From the NCBI GenBank assembly GCA_035221665.1, contig CM069145.1:13516001-13580000 (forward strand): a DNA stretch of 64,000 nucleotides, given 5' to 3'. This document shows, in pieces, positions 60,898-64,000 of the stretch. The stretch comes from Okamejei kenojei. Lineage: Eukaryota. Under the pieces are notes generated by a model. The model had not been told where the DNA came from and made no database searches. It was given only the letters and a program-made list of their open reading frames with translations. Position 1 is the first letter of the stretch. Each line of letters begins with the position of its first letter. A program made the translations under genes and the position numbers.

Positions 60898-63800
60898 TTA
60901 CTATAATAAATTACCTAAATTGCTGCTTTGTGCCTACTATTTTGGAATTAATTTGGGGACACCCTTTCAATGGGGAAGGAGCATCCGTAATTGCAAGACT
61001 AAATTTTCTCTATGCCATTTTGGGAGGCTTTGGACATTACTGCTTCCCCCTCACCGTTATATTTTATGATCTATAAAAATCTCTTCACTGGAAAAAATAA
61101 ATTTCTCTTCTCATCTTTTCCTCACAGGGGATCCAATGCAGCTTTCTCCATGGGTTATCCAGGGGAAGGGCAGCAAGCTGTCAGAAGAAAACATTGAATG
61201 CTTTTTTTTAAAACATTTGGAGCCATGTAAATAACGGGTTAATACTTAATGTAGGTCAGATAAACATTGCTCATATTAACCGGTGATTTAGTGGAAGTAT
61301 GTTGTAAGGAACCTTGCACAAGGAAGTCATATTAGACTGTGAGTGCTCAGAGAACAAGAAATAATTCATTGCATGCAATTACTTTGACGTGAATGTGGCA
61401 GAGGCCCAGCTGTGTGTTGCATTGCACTGGAAACAGGTCTTGAAGTTCTCTGACATGTATGTAGTAGGAATTGTTTTTTTTTTTTTTTTGGGTTGATGCA
61501 TTGCACTGGAATCAGTTGCAGTTCTTTTCTCCTGATGTCATGGTAGAAATAGTAATTCAAAAGATTTTTCTTTTTTTGTACTTAGTTGACCCTGCAGTCA
61601 AATTACAGATCAGTCCATCCCTCAGCATCCTCATCCTGCAAGTGTCCTATTTCATGCTATTTTCATCTAAAGCATCCATCGTCGAATTAAAACAGAAGAA
61701 AATTACTGGCTGATGTTAGGAGTGCTTTTCTATTTTGACTGCTGTTAATTTATGCAATATTATAATCATCTATATTTTTGGGTTTGAAATTACAATTCGT
61801 GCATTAATACCAGTTGGAGTTCATACTCGTTCTTTAGTGTGTATAGGTTTTACCCCTTATGCAATGCTCTTGACAATTTAATAGATCTTTCCTTATATTT
61901 GGACAATAGACAATAAAACAATAGGTGCCTGGTGTTGGCCATTTGGCCCTTTGAGCCGAGCACCGCCATTCAATGGTGATCATGGCTGATTCATTCCACA
62001 TTTCAGTACCCCATTCCTGCCTTGTCGCATATCCCCTGTCTGCTATATCTTTAAGAGCTCTAGCTAACTCTCTCTGTAAGGGCATCCAGAAAATTAGCCT
62101 CCACTGCCGTTTGGGAGAGGTATTCACCAGATTCACAACTCTCTGGGTAATTAATAAAAAAAGGTTTCCTCGTCTCATTCTAAATGGCCAACGCCTTATT
62201 CTTGATACCTTACCCTCAACAGACGTAAATTTAAGAATGGAATCCCATCTCATTGCTTGCAATAAAACTGTTGCTATGAAGTTATGGTAAAGTCAAAGAA
62301 AAAGAAAGAAGCAAGGCTTGTACCTAGACCTGCTTGAAATATTTGAAATGCACGGCCTCATGTTCTTTCTCTTCAAGTTTTCATGGTCTTGTTTCCTTCA
62401 GGTTCTTGTTTAGCATTTTGAGTGTGAATTGGCCATCTGGAGGAGCCAAGGTAACAGACGGGGGTAACAAGTGCTCACCTGCCCTTCTTTATGGCCCCTG
62501 CCATGTTTTTGCGTATCCAAATATTATCTTGCCTTTTTGGGTATTTACTTGCTAAATAACAAATGTTGCAGAATTTTATTATATTTCCTAAGGTAAATGT
62601 TAAATGTTTTCAATGTATCATGAGCCCATCTATTCTTCTGCACATATTAAATCCATGGCTTACCATCCTTGTCTTACTCTCTTGGACAGGAGTGTTGGCA
62701 TTCACATTAAATATGTTTTTTCCTTAATTGACCAGTCCCCTTGGGATTCTATGTTTGTAGTTGCAACGAGGTCCTGGTTTTTACACCAAAGATAGATGCA
62801 AATGCTGTGAGTAACTCAACGGTGTCTGGGTAAGCATAACGTAGGAAAAAGGAATAGGTCTGTGACATTTCGACGTCAGACCCTTCTTCAGAATCGATTG
62901 GTGGTGCTTACGGGACACATGAACTCTGAAGAGTGGACTCGATTAGACAAACATCCAGCCATTCTTTTTCTCCAGAGATGTGCCTGGCCCACTGAGTTAT
63001 TCCGCATTTTGTGCTACCCTTGGGATCATGAATGGGCTTACACCTTTCTTACTAATAAGGCAATATGGAAAATTTGCAAATAAAGTGCCGGAGGTGTGGT
63101 CCTTAGGGGCTAACAGGATGGAGAGGCTACTAGTAGAGTGTGGGCTATTCGTGTGGTGGTCTTACGCATCTAGAACTCAGGTTTTCTCATAAGAGGAATA
63201 GTATTTCTGAAAGCTCCTAAAGGCAGTCATTGAACCAGAATTCTAGGTGTTATGGTTTTAGTGTCTGTACATTTTTTTCAAGGAGCTTTAACTTTGAGAC
63301 CCTCCTTGAAACTTTCACTTCTGTCAATCGAATGTCTCTTCCCATGGGACAGCGCTTGAATTTCCATTTCCAGGTCAGGGGGTCAGACATTCGTATATAA
63401 GCTTGGACAATGGAACTGAGACACATGAAACTGCAGATTGCTGGCTTAAATAATAGACACAATGAAAAGAGCGGGCAGTAATTCTGCACATCAGGAACGT
63501 CTTGAAGAACATTTGGTTAGGTGAATTTCCAAAACAGGAACCTTCTTAGACCGATTGGGAATTGTGGGGGGAAAGCTGGAAGAGAGGGTGGTGAGTTGCA
63601 ACCAAAGTCAAAGTCTGGCAAATGATAGATGGGTACAGGTGGTCTGGGGTTTCCAAAGGTAGGTGGTTAGTCAAAGGCCCAGATACAGAGCGGAAAATGC
63701 CATATGGTAAAAATAAAAGACTTCTGTACCTAAGTGGCCTTCTCGACCATATCCACATCACCTGGAGTGTAATAGGGGCTTCAGTATTGGAGGCCTATGC

Positions 63801-64000
63801 TTGTAAAATTTACTTCAAATTTAATTAGAGACAGCAAATTCACATTGGCCTGCTATACAAATCGAAATTAATGCTTATGTCCTTTATCGGCATGGCACGG
63901 TGGTTTTTGCCAGCTGTAAAGTTGCTCCTTACAGACCCGGTTCGATTCTCTGTTATAGGAGTTTGTACTTTCTCCCTGTGACCTGTGATGAGTTCTGCGC

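Larger units (their letters stand above)
54043..64000 (+). repeat. Second, indel-rich copy of about 3142-11356 (probable haplotig or segmental duplicate)
   Basis: Collinear through DIRS, Penelope, SINEs, CR1, the MITE and unique spacers. Differences are mostly small insertions and homopolymer changes, plus two structural variants. Confidence 0.95.

Overview
Eukaryotic, repeat-dense vertebrate DNA. The repeat set (HE1/V-SINE-like SINEs, CR1, Rex1, RTE, Penelope, DIRS, Tc1) points to a cartilaginous fish such as a skate or ray; this is an inference. The only host gene I can support is the 3' part of PPP2R2D (PP2A B55-delta) on the minus strand: 7 coding exons from 52645 to 38888, including a U12-type intron. 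Its exons carry many 1-bp indels that look like unpolished long-read errors. The rest is nested transposons: a DIRS1-like tyrosine-recombinase retrotransposon with intact ITR/ICR architecture (521-4426) inside an old Penelope element; a long Penelope-like element (23287-26221) inside a BEL/Pao gag; a Gypsy gag with LTR; Rex1, RTE and CR1 LINE fragments; a Tc1; a PIF/Harbinger MITE; and many SINEs. 54043-64000, after an exactly 500-N gap, is an error-rich second copy of about 3142-11356 that differs by real structural variants. Best leads: (1) about ten Penelope-derived modules carrying a minimal hammerhead-ribozyme core (CTGAAGA-A-stem-GAAACGTC), often as inverted pairs; (2) a Gypsy LTR whose primer-binding site is complementary to its own LTR, suggesting self-priming; (3) a templated-insertion scar replacing the DIRS gag region; (4) a GC-rich non-coding element with a Rex1-type tail. 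All calls come from reading the sequence by eye, no searches were run, and repeat boundaries are approximate unless TIRs or TSDs are quoted.
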